Of a DNA stretch of 64,000 nt, positions 54,572-64,000 are shown piece by piece (position 1 is the stretch's first letter; the number at the start of each line of letters is the position of its first letter). The position numbers and the translations under genes are program-made. Under the pieces are notes generated by a model. It did no database searches and was not told the origin of the DNA. It was given only the letters and a program-made list of their open reading frames with translations. Source of the DNA: Gemmatimonadota bacterium (lineage in GTDB: Bacteria > Gemmatimonadota > Gemmatimonadetes > Gemmatimonadales > GWC2-71-9); NCBI GenBank assembly GCA_029862925.1, contig JAOTWJ010000001.1:7099-71098 (forward strand), read 5' to 3'.

Positions 54572-56479
54572 TCAACGCGGGGCCCGGCGGAACAGGACCG
54601 CGCCGAGGGGCGGCACCGTAATCGTGAGGGACTGACCGTGCCCGTGCATCGGCACGGGCACCGTCTCCGCCTGCCCCAGATTGCCCTGCCCACTGCCGCC
54701 GTACAGCGGGGCGTCGCTGTTCAACGCCTCCTGCCATGCGCCAGCGTACGGGACGCCCACGCGGTAGTTGTGGCGCGGCACCGGCGTGAAGTTGCACACG
54801 CAGACGAGGGGCCGATCACGCTCGCGATTCCACCGCAGGAAACTCACGACGCTTTGCTGACTGTCGTTGCAGTCGATCCACTCGAACCCCGCCGGGTCGA
54901 AGTCCTGCTCGTGGAGTGCCGGCTCGCCGCGCAGGAACGTGTTGAGGTCGCGAACCCAGCGCTGGAGCCCGCGGTGCGGTGCCCCCGCGAGCAGGTGCCA
55001 GTCCAGGCTGCGGTCGTGGTCCCATTCGGCCCACTGTCCGAACTCCCCGCCCATGAAGAGGAGCTTCTTCCCCGGGTGCGCGTACATGTAGCCGTACAAC
55101 ACCCGGAGGTTGGCGAACCGCTGCCACGGATCCCCGGGCATCTTCCCGAGCATCGACCCCTTGCCGTGCACCACTTCGTCGTGCGACAGCGGCAGGACGA
55201 AGTTCTCATTGAAGGCATAGAGCAGCGCAAAGGTCAGGATGTTGTGATGGTACTTCCGATGCACTGGGTCCTGCGACATGTAGCGCAACATGTCGTGCAT
55301 CCAGCCCATGTTCCACTTGAGGCCGAAGCCGAGCCCCCCCAGGTACGTGGGGCGGGAGACCATCGGCCACGCCGTCGATTCCTCCGCGACCGTGACGGTC
55401 TCGGGATGGTGCGCGTAGGCGACCTCGTTGAAGCGCCGCAGGAAGTCCACCGCCTCGAGGTTCTCGTTCCCGCCGAACTGATTGGGAATCCACTCACCGG
55501 GCTTGCGCGAGTAGTCGAGGTACAGCATCGACGCCACCGCGTCCACGCGGAGCCCGTCCACGTGGTAGACATCCAGCCAGTAGAGGGCGTTGCTCAGGAG
55601 GAAACTGACGACTTCCCGACGACCGTAGTTGAAGACGAAGGTGTCCCAATCCTGGTGGCGGCCCTTGCGCGGATCCTCATGCTCGTACAGGTGGGTGCCG
55701 TCGAAGTAGCCCAAGCCATGTTCGTCGGTCGGGAAATGCGCGGGCACCCAGTCGAGGAGGACGCCGATGCCCGCCTGGTGCAAGGTGTCCACCAAGTACA
55801 TGAAGTCCTGCGGCGTGCCGAAACGGCTCGTGGGGGCGAAGTACCCCGCGGGCTGATAGCCCCAGGACCCATCGAACGGATGTTCGCTGATGGGGAGCAG
55901 CTGGACGTGCGTGTACCCCATCTCCCGCACGTACTCGGCCAGGGCGTCGGCCAGTTCCCGGTACGTGAGCCAGCGGTTCCCTTCGTCCGGCGCGCGCCGC
56001 CACGATCCCAGATGCACTTCGTAGATCGCCATGGGGGCGTCGAGCGCATTCCGGCGCCCGCGCCCGGCCATCCAGGCCCCGTCGTCCCATGCGTACCCGC
56101 CGAGATCCCAGACGACCGAAGCCGTCTCCGGCCGCAGTTCAAAATGGAAGGCGTACGGGTCGGCCTTCTGCACCCGGTACCCGCGTTCGCGCGAGCGGAT
56201 CGCGTACTTGTACCGCGCCCCCTGCGCGACACCCGGCAGGAACGCCTCCCAGACGCCGCTCGGGCCGGTCGAATGCATAGGGTGGCGCCCCTCCGCCCAC
56301 CCGTTGAAGTCTCCCACGACCGAGATGGCCTCGGCGTTGGGCGCCCACACCGCGAACCGCGTGCCTTCGACCCCGTCGGCGGTCATGGGATGGGCCCCGA
56401 GTTTCTCCCAGCCGCGCAGCTGGGTACTCTCCCCGAACAGGTACAGATCCTCCTCGGTGAGGAAGCGTGGTTTGGTCAT
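54572..56479 (-). CDS. glgB: 1,4-alpha-glucan branching enzyme
   Basis: Starts [19 protein letters not shown], with GGGAGGGA 5 nt upstream of the ATG. It contains [53 protein letters not shown] and [12 protein letters not shown]. Confidence 0.92.
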   Translation of the reverse strand: MTKPRFLTEEDLYLFGESTQLRGWEKLGAHPMTADGVEGTRFAVWAPNAEAISVVGDFNGWAEGRHPMHSTGPSGVWEAFLPGVAQGARYKYAIRSRERGYRVQKADPYAFHFELRPETASVVWDLGGYAWDDGAWMAGRGRRNALDAPMAIYEVHLGSWRRAPDEGNRWLTYRELADALAEYVREMGYTHVQLLPISEHPFDGSWGYQPAGYFAPTSRFGTPQDFMYLVDTLHQAGIGVLLDWVPAHFPTDEHGLGYFDGTHLYEHEDPRKGRHQDWDTFVFNYGRREVVSFLLSNALYWLDVYHVDGLRVDAVASMLYLDYSRKPGEWIPNQFGGNENLEAVDFLRRFNEVAYAHHPETVTVAEESTAWPMVSRPTYLGGLGFGLKWNMGWMHDMLRYMSQDPVHRKYHHNILTFALLYAFNENFVLPLSHDEVVHGKGSMLGKMPGDPWQRFANLRVLYGYMYAHPGKKLLFMGGEFGQWAEWDHDRSLDWHLLAGAPHRGLQRWVRDLNTFLRGEPALHEQDFDPAGFEWIDCNDSQQSVVSFLRWNRERDRPLVCVCNFTPVPRHNYRVGVPYAGAWQEALNSDAPLYGGSGQGNLGQAETVPVPMHGHGQSLTITVPPLGAVLFRRAPR

Positions 56480-56492
56480 GCCGTCCCTCCCG

Positions 56493-59400
56493 TCACGATC
56501 CCCCCCGCGCCGCAATCGCTCTGAGCCCGTCGAGCGGAATCGCGACCCAGTCGGGCCGGTTGTTCAGTTCGTAGCGCAGCTCGTAGAACGCCTTTTGCAG
56601 CACCAGCGCATCGAGCAGCACGTCGACCGCTTCGGCCGGCGGCAGCAGCTGGTGCGAGCCCGCCGTCTCGAGGTAGCCCGCGAGGAACGCCCCGGTCGCC
56701 CCCCGCACCCAGGGGTCGACGGACCCGCCGCTCGACGCCGCGGCGGCGTGCGCCACGTAGGCGAACGAGCGCAGCATGCCGGCCACATCCACGAGGGGCG
56801 TGTCCTTGCGGCGGCGCTCGTGCAGCGGCCGGAGCGGCTCGCCCTCGAAATCCGTCAGGAGGAAGTCGCTGCCGGTCCACAGGACCTGCCCCAGGTGGTA
56901 GTCCCCGTGGATCCGCATCGCGAGCGTCCGTTCCCGCGGCCGGGCCAGGCGCTGGAACCGTGCGATCAGCCGGTTCCCCGCGGCCAGCACCTCGTGCGCA
57001 AGCGGGCGGACCGCCACCGGCAGCAGCGGGAGCCGTTGATTCAGCAGCTCCAGCACCTCACCGGCCTCGCGGGCCATGTCTCCCGCACGCCCTTGGAGAT
57101 CGTCGGCGGTGACCGCCACCGGAGCAAAGGCGGGATCGCGCCGCTCCGCTGCGAGCGCGGCATGGAACTCGGCGGTCCGCGTCCCCAGGAGTCGCGCGGC
57201 GGTCAACGCCGGCCCGGCGGCGGCCACCAGGGACGGCGGCGGCGGAGTGCCCGCGAGCCGCGTCCACGACCCGTCATCGCCGGGCGCGACCGCCGCGGCC
57301 GCGCGCGCCGGCTCGAGAAACCGACGGACATGGGCCTCGAAGAACGCCCATCCGTCGCCCTCGTTGCGGATGAACGCCTGCAGCATGGCGAAGGCCCCAC
57401 CCTCGCGGCCCGGCGCGTGGTAAGCGAAGCCGCCGCCCACGGCGGCCACGTGCGCGAACCCGGCCCGCTCCGTGAGGTACCGGGCCAGCTCCACATCGGG
57501 ATTGGGACCCTCCGTGACGCGGCGATAGACCTTGAGAATCCAGCGATCGTCGATGATCACCGACGTGTTGCTCTGTTCGACACCCATCGCGCGCACGGCC
57601 GCGTCGGCGCCGGACTTGCCCACCTGGTCGAGCGACGCAGTCGCGAAGGCGCGGATCTCGCCGCCCTGCAACGTCGCGGAGGTCCGTTGGTCGGGAATCG
57701 CCGCGACGAGCGCGGCACACGCCGACCGGTCCGCGAGCGCGTCGAAGAGCACGCCCGCACCGGCTGGTGTCTGGAGCCGAGCCAGCACCGCCGTGGGGGC
57801 CTCGGCGAAGACGCGCGTGGCCGGCGCTCCCTCCGACGCCTTGAGCGGGACCACGTAGCGTTCACGCCCCCCGTCACCGTATTCGACGTCGACGAGCAGC
57901 ATCCAGAACCCCGCCCCGAGCTTGGCACCGTCGCCGAGGGTCACCGTCACGACTTCCCGCGCTTTCCCCTGGAACCAGCGCTGCCGCTGGAGCCAGGGGG
58001 CAATGACGTCGTTGGCGAGCGTGTACCGGTAGTCCGGCCCCGCGAGCGCCTCGACTCCCTCGTCGAGCGTCAGCGACGGCAGTTGCGTCACGTCCACGCC
58101 CGCGCCGGTGCGCACCCGGATCGGTTCGGCCTGGCGGTCGAGCCGGAACCAGTAGAACGCGTACGGGCCCAGCGTGAGGAAATACGGCAGCTCGCCGACG
58201 GTCGGGAACTCGGTGTGGCCCATCATCTCGACCGGCGTGTAGCCACGGAACTCCGACAGGTCCAGCTCGCAGGGCTGCGCGGACCTGGACAGGTTGGCCA
58301 CCGCGAGGATCGTCTCGCCGCGCCAGCGCCGGAGGTAGGCCAGCACCCGGCGGTTGCGGGGGCGGAGGAAGTCTAGCGTCCCTCGCCCGAATGCTTTGTG
58401 CTGCCGCCGCAGGGCGAGCATCCGCCGCATGAAGTGGAGCAGCGACGAGCCGTCCCGTTCCTGCGCCTCCACGTTGAGGGCCTGGTAGCCGTACACGGGA
58501 TCCATGATGACCGGCAGGTACAGCCGGGCCGGATCGGCCGTGGAAAACCCCGCATTCCGATCCGACGACCACTGCATCGGGGTGCGCACCCCGTCGCGGT
58601 CGCCGAGCCACACGTTGTCGCCCATGCCAAGCTCGTCCCCGTAGTAGATCACGGGGGTCCCGGGAAACGACAGCAGCAAGCTCGTGAGCAGCTCGATGCG
58701 GCGCCGGCCGTTTTCCATCAGCGGAGCGAGCCGGCGCCGGATGCCGAGGTTCAGCCGCATGCGCGGGTCACCCGCGTACTCGCGGTACATGTAGTCCCGT
58801 TCCTCGTCCGTGACCATCTCGAGTGTCAACTCGTCGTGGTTCCGGAGGAACAGGGCCCATTGGCACGTGTCCGGGATGGCGGGCGTCCGCTCCAGGATCT
58901 CCGTGATGGGGTGCCGGTCTTCCTGGCGGACCGCCATGAAGATCCGTGGCATCAGGGGGAAGTGGAACGCCATGTGGCATTCGTCCCCGTCGCCGAAGTA
59001 CGGGCGCACGTCATCGGGCCACTGGTTCGCTTCGGCCAGCAGCATCCGGTCGTCGTAGTGATCGTCCGCCAGTCGGCGAAACTGCTTGATCACGGCGTGC
59101 GTCTCGGGGAGGTTCTCGTTGGTGGTGCCCTCGCGGACGCAGAGGTACGGCACGGCGTCGAGCCGCAGCCCGTCCACCCCGAGATCCAGCCAGAACCGCA
59201 GGAAGCGACCGACCGCCCGAACGACCCGCGGATTGTTGAGGTTCAGATCGGGCTGGTGCGAGAAGAAGCGATGCCAGTAGTAGGCCTTGGCCACGGCGTC
59301 CCACGTCCAGTTCGACGACTCCGTGTCCGAGAAGATGATGCGCGTGTCCTTGAACCGCTGGTCGGTGTCGCTCCAGACGTAGAACTCGCGCCGAGCCGAG

Positions 59401-59774
59401 CCCGGGCGCGCCCGGCGCGCCGCCTGAAACCAGGGGTGTTGCTCCGACGTGTGATTCACCACGAGCTCGGTGATCACCTTGAGCCCCCGCCGGTGCGCCT
59501 CGCGCACGAAGGTCTTGAAGTCCCGCAGGGTCCCGTAGTCCGGATGGACCCCCCGATAGTCGGAGATGTCGTACCCGTCGTCGCGCAGGGGCGACGGGTA
59601 GAACGGGAGCAGCCACACGGCGGTGACGCCCAGGTCCTGAATGTAGTCGAGCTTTTCGATCAGTCCGCGAAAGTCGCCCCGACCGTCCCCGTTGCTGTCG
59701 CGGAAGGCCTTGACGTGCAGCTCGTAGATGACCGCGTCCTTATACCAGAGCGAATCCGCCCGCTCGTCGGCCAT
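56493..59774 (-). CDS. treS: Fused trehalose synthase / maltokinase (TreS-Pep2)
   Basis: The N-terminal GH13 TreS part has [57 protein letters not shown] and [11 protein letters not shown]. The C-terminal maltokinase part has [31 protein letters not shown] and LTDFEGEP. The start is ATG 59774 (GGGGAG 7 nt upstream) or ATG 59789. Confidence 0.9.
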   Translation of the reverse strand: MADERADSLWYKDAVIYELHVKAFRDSNGDGRGDFRGLIEKLDYIQDLGVTAVWLLPFYPSPLRDDGYDISDYRGVHPDYGTLRDFKTFVREAHRRGLKVITELVVNHTSEQHPWFQAARRARPGSARREFYVWSDTDQRFKDTRIIFSDTESSNWTWDAVAKAYYWHRFFSHQPDLNLNNPRVVRAVGRFLRFWLDLGVDGLRLDAVPYLCVREGTTNENLPETHAVIKQFRRLADDHYDDRMLLAEANQWPDDVRPYFGDGDECHMAFHFPLMPRIFMAVRQEDRHPITEILERTPAIPDTCQWALFLRNHDELTLEMVTDEERDYMYREYAGDPRMRLNLGIRRRLAPLMENGRRRIELLTSLLLSFPGTPVIYYGDELGMGDNVWLGDRDGVRTPMQWSSDRNAGFSTADPARLYLPVIMDPVYGYQALNVEAQERDGSSLLHFMRRMLALRRQHKAFGRGTLDFLRPRNRRVLAYLRRWRGETILAVANLSRSAQPCELDLSEFRGYTPVEMMGHTEFPTVGELPYFLTLGPYAFYWFRLDRQAEPIRVRTGAGVDVTQLPSLTLDEGVEALAGPDYRYTLANDVIAPWLQRQRWFQGKAREVVTVTLGDGAKLGAGFWMLLVDVEYGDGGRERYVVPLKASEGAPATRVFAEAPTAVLARLQTPAGAGVLFDALADRSACAALVAAIPDQRTSATLQGGEIRAFATASLDQVGKSGADAAVRAMGVEQSNTSVIIDDRWILKVYRRVTEGPNPDVELARYLTERAGFAHVAAVGGGFAYHAPGREGGAFAMLQAFIRNEGDGWAFFEAHVRRFLEPARAAAAVAPGDDGSWTRLAGTPPPPSLVAAAGPALTAARLLGTRTAEFHAALAAERRDPAFAPVAVTADDLQGRAGDMAREAGEVLELLNQRLPLLPVAVRPLAHEVLAAGNRLIARFQRLARPRERTLAMRIHGDYHLGQVLWTGSDFLLTDFEGEPLRPLHERRRKDTPLVDVAGMLRSFAYVAHAAAASSGGSVDPWVRGATGAFLAGYLETAGSHQLLPPAEAVDVLLDALVLQKAFYELRYELNNRPDWVAIPLDGLRAIAARGGS

Positions 59775-59794
59775 GGCGTGGCTCCCCATCCCCG

Positions 59795-61807
59795 TCACAT
59801 GAAGTAGTCGAAGTCGCGCTCCGTCCGGACCCGCCGCCGCAGCCGGAACACCTGGGCCGGCGACTGGGCCGGGTCGAGGCGGACGTAGTTCCGCGCGCCG
59901 TGCCACAGATAGCGCCCGCCGCCGAGCAGGTCGTGCATCTGATAGGTCTCCTCGGGATCGATCCCGAGCGCCGCGAGGGGCAACTCAACCCATCCGTCGT
60001 GGGGGTGGTGTGGATCGAGATTGACCACCATGACCATCACGTCCGCCCGATCGGCCGTGCGTTTCGAGTAACACAGGAGTTGCTCGTTGTCCACGGCGTG
60101 GAAGGTCAGCCACTCGTTCGTGCGCAGCGCGGGCTGCTCGCGCCGGATGGCGTTCACGCGGGCGATGTAGTCGTGCAGCGTGCCGCGCTGGTCCCACTCC
60201 CGGCGCCGGATTTCGTACTTCTCCGAGTCCTGGTACTCCTCGCTCCCCGGGCGCGCCGCATTCTCCGCCAGCTCGAACCCGCTGTAGATGCCGTAGCTCG
60301 CGCCGACCGTCGCGGCGAGCACGAGACGCGCCATGAACGCCGGCCGGCCCCCGTACTGGAGGTACTCCGGCAGGATGTCGGGGGTATTCGCGAACAGGTT
60401 CGGTCGGAAGAACTCGCGCACGTCCGTCCGCGTGAGTTCCGTGAGATACTCCTCCAGTTCCGGCTTGGTGTTCCGCCAGGTGAAGTACGTGTAGGACTGG
60501 TCGAAGCCGAGCTTCGCCAGCGCGTACATGACCTTCGGTCGGGTGAACGCCTCGGAGAGGAAGACGGTCTCCGGGTACTCGCGCTTGATCTCGGCAATGA
60601 GCCAGCGCCAGAAGCGGAACGGCTTCGTGTGCGGGTTGTCGACGCGGAAGATGCCCACGCCGCGGGCACACCAGAACCGCGTGACCTCCAGCAGCGCCTG
60701 CCAGAGCCCGCGCCAGTCCTCGCTGTCGAAGTCGAGCGGGTAGATGTCCTGGTACTTCTTGGGCGGGTTCTCGGCGTACTTGATCGTGCCGTCGGGCCGG
60801 TGCCGGAACCACTCGGGGTGCGCGCGAACCCAGGGGTGATCCGGTGAGCACTGAAACGCGAGATCCAGCGCAAGCTCGAGCCCGTGCCGCTCGCACGCGG
60901 CCCGGAACCGGTCGAAGTCCTCAAGCGTGCCAAGCTCGGGATGCACGGCCGTGTGGCCGCCCTCCGCAGCGCCGATGGCCCACGGGCTGCCGGGATCGTC
61001 CGGGCCCGCGTCGAGCGTGTTGTTGGGCCCCTTGCGATACGAGCGTCCGATGGGGTGGATCGGCGGGAGATACAGCACGTCGAACCCCATCCGCGCGATG
61101 TCCGGCAACCGCGTCTCGGCATCCCGCAGCGTCCCGTGGCGGCCGTCGGGCCTGGACGAGCGGGGGAACATCTCGTACCACGCGCCGGCGCGAGCGCGCT
61201 CGCGGTTGACATCCACCGCGTAGCAGCGCTCATGGACGGTTTCGCGGGAGCGGTCGGGCCAGCGCGCCATCTGGACGCGCAGATCCTCGGCCAGCGCGCG
61301 CTCGACTCGCCGGGACGGCGTGGCGGCGCTCTCGAGCGCCGCCGCCATGTCCCGCAGCCAGGTGGCATCCGGTCCGGCCGCCCGCGCCGCGGCCTCGCGA
61401 ATCAGTGCGGCCCCCTCCAGCAGCTCGCTGGCGACGTCCTGCCCAGCTTCGTGCTTCTTGGCCAGACCGTCGCGCCAGCCGGCGAACGGGTCGACCCACC
61501 CCGCAACGGTGTAGACGTGCCGTTCGAGTCGGGCGATGGGGAATTCCGCCTGCCAGACGTCATTGGGTCGGGCTTGCATCGGCACCTCGTGCCACTCCGC
61601 CTCCGAGGCCGCCCGCCACCGCAGCGCGACGCCCAGCCGGTCGTGCCCGTCAGTGAACCCGTCCGCGGTCACGACGACGCGCTCGCCCACGGTGCGCTTG
61701 ATCGGAAACGCGCCGTCATCCACCCGAGGCCGCACGTTCTCGATCCAGACGCGCCGGGCCGCGTCCGTCTCGAGCGGGGCATCCCGCTCCGCTCCCGGTC
61801 CACTCAT
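59795..61807 (-). CDS. glgE: Alpha-1,4-glucan:maltose-1-phosphate maltosyltransferase
   Basis: 670 aa with [44 protein letters not shown]...[24 protein letters not shown] and FRPN.F.NTPDIL. ATG 61807 overlaps the upstream stop (ATGA). Confidence 0.92.
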   Translation of the reverse strand: MSGPGAERDAPLETDAARRVWIENVRPRVDDGAFPIKRTVGERVVVTADGFTDGHDRLGVALRWRAASEAEWHEVPMQARPNDVWQAEFPIARLERHVYTVAGWVDPFAGWRDGLAKKHEAGQDVASELLEGAALIREAAARAAGPDATWLRDMAAALESAATPSRRVERALAEDLRVQMARWPDRSRETVHERCYAVDVNRERARAGAWYEMFPRSSRPDGRHGTLRDAETRLPDIARMGFDVLYLPPIHPIGRSYRKGPNNTLDAGPDDPGSPWAIGAAEGGHTAVHPELGTLEDFDRFRAACERHGLELALDLAFQCSPDHPWVRAHPEWFRHRPDGTIKYAENPPKKYQDIYPLDFDSEDWRGLWQALLEVTRFWCARGVGIFRVDNPHTKPFRFWRWLIAEIKREYPETVFLSEAFTRPKVMYALAKLGFDQSYTYFTWRNTKPELEEYLTELTRTDVREFFRPNLFANTPDILPEYLQYGGRPAFMARLVLAATVGASYGIYSGFELAENAARPGSEEYQDSEKYEIRRREWDQRGTLHDYIARVNAIRREQPALRTNEWLTFHAVDNEQLLCYSKRTADRADVMVMVVNLDPHHPHDGWVELPLAALGIDPEETYQMHDLLGGGRYLWHGARNYVRLDPAQSPAQVFRLRRRVRTERDFDYFM

Positions 61808-63024
61808 GCTTCCTCCTTGTCTCCGGCTCGACCTGTGACCGCGTCGTAGACCTCGAGCACGCGCGCGGCGGTGCGGTCCCAGCCGAACTCGCGAACCGCG
61901 CGCTCGCGACCCCGCCGTCCCATGGCCGTGCGTCCGGGCTCGTCCGCCAACAGCCGCGTCATCGCGCCGGCCAGCGAAGCCGCGACGCCGGCCGGATCCG
62001 TTGGCGTCCCATCATCCCGCACCGTCACGGGCACCAGGATCCCTGTCTCGCCATCTCGCACGACGTCGGGGATGCCGCCCACCGCGGTCGCGACGACCGG
62101 GGTCTCGCAAGCCATCGCCTCGAGGTTGATGAGGCCGAACGGCTCGTAGACCGACGGGCAGCAGAAGGCGGCCGCGCCGGAGAACAGGGCCACGGCCACG
62201 TCATGCGGCACCATCTCCCGAATCCACACCACCGGGCGTTCCGCCTGCAGCACCCGCATCTGAGCCGTGACTTCGCGCTCCAGCCCCGGCGTATCCGGCG
62301 ACGTCGCGCAGAGCACGACCTGCGCGTCGCGCGGCAGGGCGGCCGCCGCACGCAGGAACAGGTCGATGCCCTTCTGGCGGCTGACGCGCCCGAGAAACAG
62401 CACGTACCGGCGCGTCGGGTCCACGCCGTAGCGGGCCAGGAGGGCCGCGTTTGGCGCCCGGTGCCACGCCGCCGTGTCGATGCCGTTCGGAATCGCCCAC
62501 ACGCGTTCCGGGGCGACGGCGAACAGCCGCAGCACGTCCCGTCGCGCGCTCGCCGAGACGGCGATCACCGCGTCCGCCGACTCGAGAGCCGTGCGCTCGA
62601 GCCACAGCGAGAGATCGTAGCCGGGTCCCAGCTGCTCGCGCTTCCACGGCCGGAGCGGCTCGAGCGAGTGCACGGTGAGCACGAGCGGGCGCCGGTAGGC
62701 GCGCTGCGCGACGAGGCCGGCCCAGTGCGTATACCACGTGTGGCAGTGGACCACGTCGCCGTTCACCGGTCGGGCGACCATGCGCGCGCTCGCCACGACC
62801 GCTCGGAGCGCATCCCGCGCCGGGTGGGTGCTACCGGCAAACACGGGATCGTCGAACGGCGTCCCGATCACGTGCGGGTTGGCCGGCCCCGATTCCTGGT
62901 CGCCGAAACAGCGGACCTCGACCTCGATCCGCTCGGCCAGCGCGCGGGCGAGCTGGGCGACGTGGACACCGGCACCCCCGTACACGTACGGCGGGAACTC
63001 GCGGGTCAGCAGGAGCGCCTTCAC
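61804..63024 (-). CDS. glgM: GT4 glycogen-synthase-like glycosyltransferase (Corynebacterium/Mycobacterium GlgA type, now GlgM: ADP-glucose + Glc-1-P -> maltose-1-phosphate)
   Basis: 406 aa. It starts MKALLLTREFPPYVYGGAGVHV (not the GT5 KTGGL motif) and contains HCHTWY, TVHSLEPLRPWK, GRVSRQKGID and PSVYEPFGLINLEAMAC.TPVVA. It is usually annotated glgA. The function is inferred from the family and from genomic linkage to glgE. Confidence 0.8.
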   Translation of the reverse strand: MKALLLTREFPPYVYGGAGVHVAQLARALAERIEVEVRCFGDQESGPANPHVIGTPFDDPVFAGSTHPARDALRAVVASARMVARPVNGDVVHCHTWYTHWAGLVAQRAYRRPLVLTVHSLEPLRPWKREQLGPGYDLSLWLERTALESADAVIAVSASARRDVLRLFAVAPERVWAIPNGIDTAAWHRAPNAALLARYGVDPTRRYVLFLGRVSRQKGIDLFLRAAAALPRDAQVVLCATSPDTPGLEREVTAQMRVLQAERPVVWIREMVPHDVAVALFSGAAAFCCPSVYEPFGLINLEAMACETPVVATAVGGIPDVVRDGETGILVPVTVRDDGTPTDPAGVAASLAGAMTRLLADEPGRTAMGRRGRERAVREFGWDRTAARVLEVYDAVTGRAGDKEEA

Positions 63025-63249
63025 CCCGTCACCACCGGCGTCACGGCCTCGTCATCTGCCCCACCCGTGTGCAGGACGCTCGCGCCGGCGCGCCGGGTCG
63101 GGGTCCCCACGACGCACACTCCACCGCTGAGCGTTCGGAGCATAGCCGGGCGATTCGCGGCGTGTCAAACGTCTGCGTATCGCCGGGCGGCCGCGCGGGC
63201 GACGCGCGCGCGGGCCGGAGGTGTGGATCCGGCGGGCACGCAGAAACGA

Positions 63250-63283
63250 AAGGACGGAAGGGTGGTGCAACCCCTCCGTCCTT
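63250..63283 (-). terminator. Rho-independent terminator of the OmpA-family gene
   Basis: A 13-bp stem with one mismatch (aaggacggaaggg 63250-63262 pairing with cccctccgtcctt 63271-63283) has an 8-nt loop. On the minus strand it is followed by TTCGTTTCT. Confidence 0.65.
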
Positions 63284-63309
63284 CCGTCATCTCGTCCTTC
63301 CGTGCGCGT

Positions 63310-64000
63310 CTAGTTGATCTTCTTCAACTCCACGCGTCGGTTCCGCGCACGGCCGGCAGCCGTCGCATTGGTCGCGACCGGGTTGTCCGGGCCGTAGCCG
63401 CGGGCGGTCAGCTGAGTGGCTGGCACACCCTGCGACAGCAGGTACGTGCGCACCGACTCGGCCCGGGCCTGGGACAGCCGCGTGTTGAGCGCGCGCGAGC
63501 CGGTGGCGTCGGTGTGTCCCCCGACCTCGACCCGCACGTCCGGATTGCCCTTGAGCGACTCGGCCACGATGTCGAGCACCGTCTGGGAGTTGTCGCTCAG
63601 CACGGCGCTTCCCGTGGCGAAGGTCACGCCCTGGAGGACGAGCGTCGGCTTATCGGCCTCGAACAGGATCGGACAGCCGTTCGCGTCCACCTGTCGGCCA
63701 GCCTCGGTGTTGGGGCAGCGATCCAGTCCGTCGAATACGCCGTCCTTGTCGCTGTCCGTCGGGCAGCCATTGGTGTCCACACGCGCCCCCGCGGGAGTGC
63801 TGGGGCAGCGGTCGTTCAGATCGATGACCCCGTCCTTGTCCGTGTCCACCGGGCACCCGTTGGCGTCTACCGTGGCGCCGGCCGCGGTGTTGGGGCAGCG
63901 ATCCAGTCCGTCGAACACCCCGTCCTGGTCAGCGTCCGTGGGACACCCGTTCGCGTCCACGGTGGCCCCGGCCGGCGTGTTCGGGCACCGATCCAGCCCG
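63310..64000 (-). CDS. OmpA-family protein with thrombospondin type-3 (calcium-binding) repeats; N-terminus beyond the window end
   Basis: There are at least 4 repeats of DANGCP.D.D.DGV.D..DRCPNT.AG. The OmpA_C domain follows: VTFATGSAVL...VGGHTDATGS...N..LSQARAESV..YL...G......ARGYG...P.A.N....GRA.NRRVEL. The frame stays open to position 64000 (GLDRCPNTPAGATV precedes the track start). Confidence 0.85.
   Translation of the reverse strand, partial: GLDRCPNTPAGATVDANGCPTDADQDGVFDGLDRCPNTAAGATVDANGCPVDTDKDGVIDLNDRCPSTPAGARVDTNGCPTDSDKDGVFDGLDRCPNTEAGRQVDANGCPILFEADKPTLVLQGVTFATGSAVLSDNSQTVLDIVAESLKGNPDVRVEVGGHTDATGSRALNTRLSQARAESVRTYLLSQGVPATQLTARGYGPDNPVATNATAAGRARNRRVELKKIN

Noticed and set aside
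54482-58376. 680-aa and 781-aa plus-strand ORFs (54482-56524 and 56031-58376)
   Set aside because: They are antisense to glgB and treS-pep2, both of which have unmistakable GH13 and maltokinase motifs. The two ORFs are low-complexity and Arg/Pro-rich.
1-64000. Search for mobile elements, prophage, toxin-antitoxin or defence islands
   Set aside because: No transposase, integrase, recombinase, restriction-modification, nuclease-helicase, Cas, abortive-infection or TA-like protein could be recognised in any frame. There is no tRNA integration site and no obvious compositional break. The window looks like core chromosome.

Overview
This is a GC-rich (judged by eye, not computed), densely coding bacterial chromosomal segment. 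I call 53 protein-coding genes, two of them cut by the window edges. I found no rRNA, tRNA, CRISPR array, transposase, integrase, phage gene or recognisable defence gene.

The content is core metabolism and cell envelope:
- queF, queC and queE.
- An alcohol dehydrogenase and HAD hydrolase pair, an MscS channel and a 7Fe ferredoxin.
- udk, apaG and a malic enzyme.
- Exported peptidases: two M28, a GCPII-like enzyme, an M1 aminopeptidase and GGT.
- A sortilin/BNR giant protein and an ALDH7-type dehydrogenase.
- The glyoxylate shunt genes aceB-aceA with a convergent aceK.
- A complete GlgE-type alpha-glucan block: GT4 glgM-like, glgE, fused treS-pep2, glgB and malQ.
- msrA, a GGDEF sensor and a TSP3-repeat OmpA.

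This repertoire fits Gemmatimonadota or a neighbouring phylum, but that is inference only. Most long ORFs in the track are arginine-rich antisense shadows typical of high-GC DNA, and I rejected them.

I do not see a convincing novel multi-gene system; this reads as an ordinary core region. The most unusual observations are:
1. An exported beta-propeller dehydrogenase and a TM/DHp-like/receiver protein lie in the same frame, separated by a single TAG. The membrane helix of the second protein has no canonical start codon.
2. An AmmeMemoRadiSam-type radical SAM enzyme has no AMMECR1 or Memo partner in the window and is translationally coupled to a DUF4153 membrane protein.
3. Short CCGTC/GTGAA-type tandem and inverted repeats recur at gene ends. 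One of them sets the stop codon of an aminotransferase.
4. There are several tight overlaps, including divergent start codons sharing CATG and convergent stop codons sharing CTAG.
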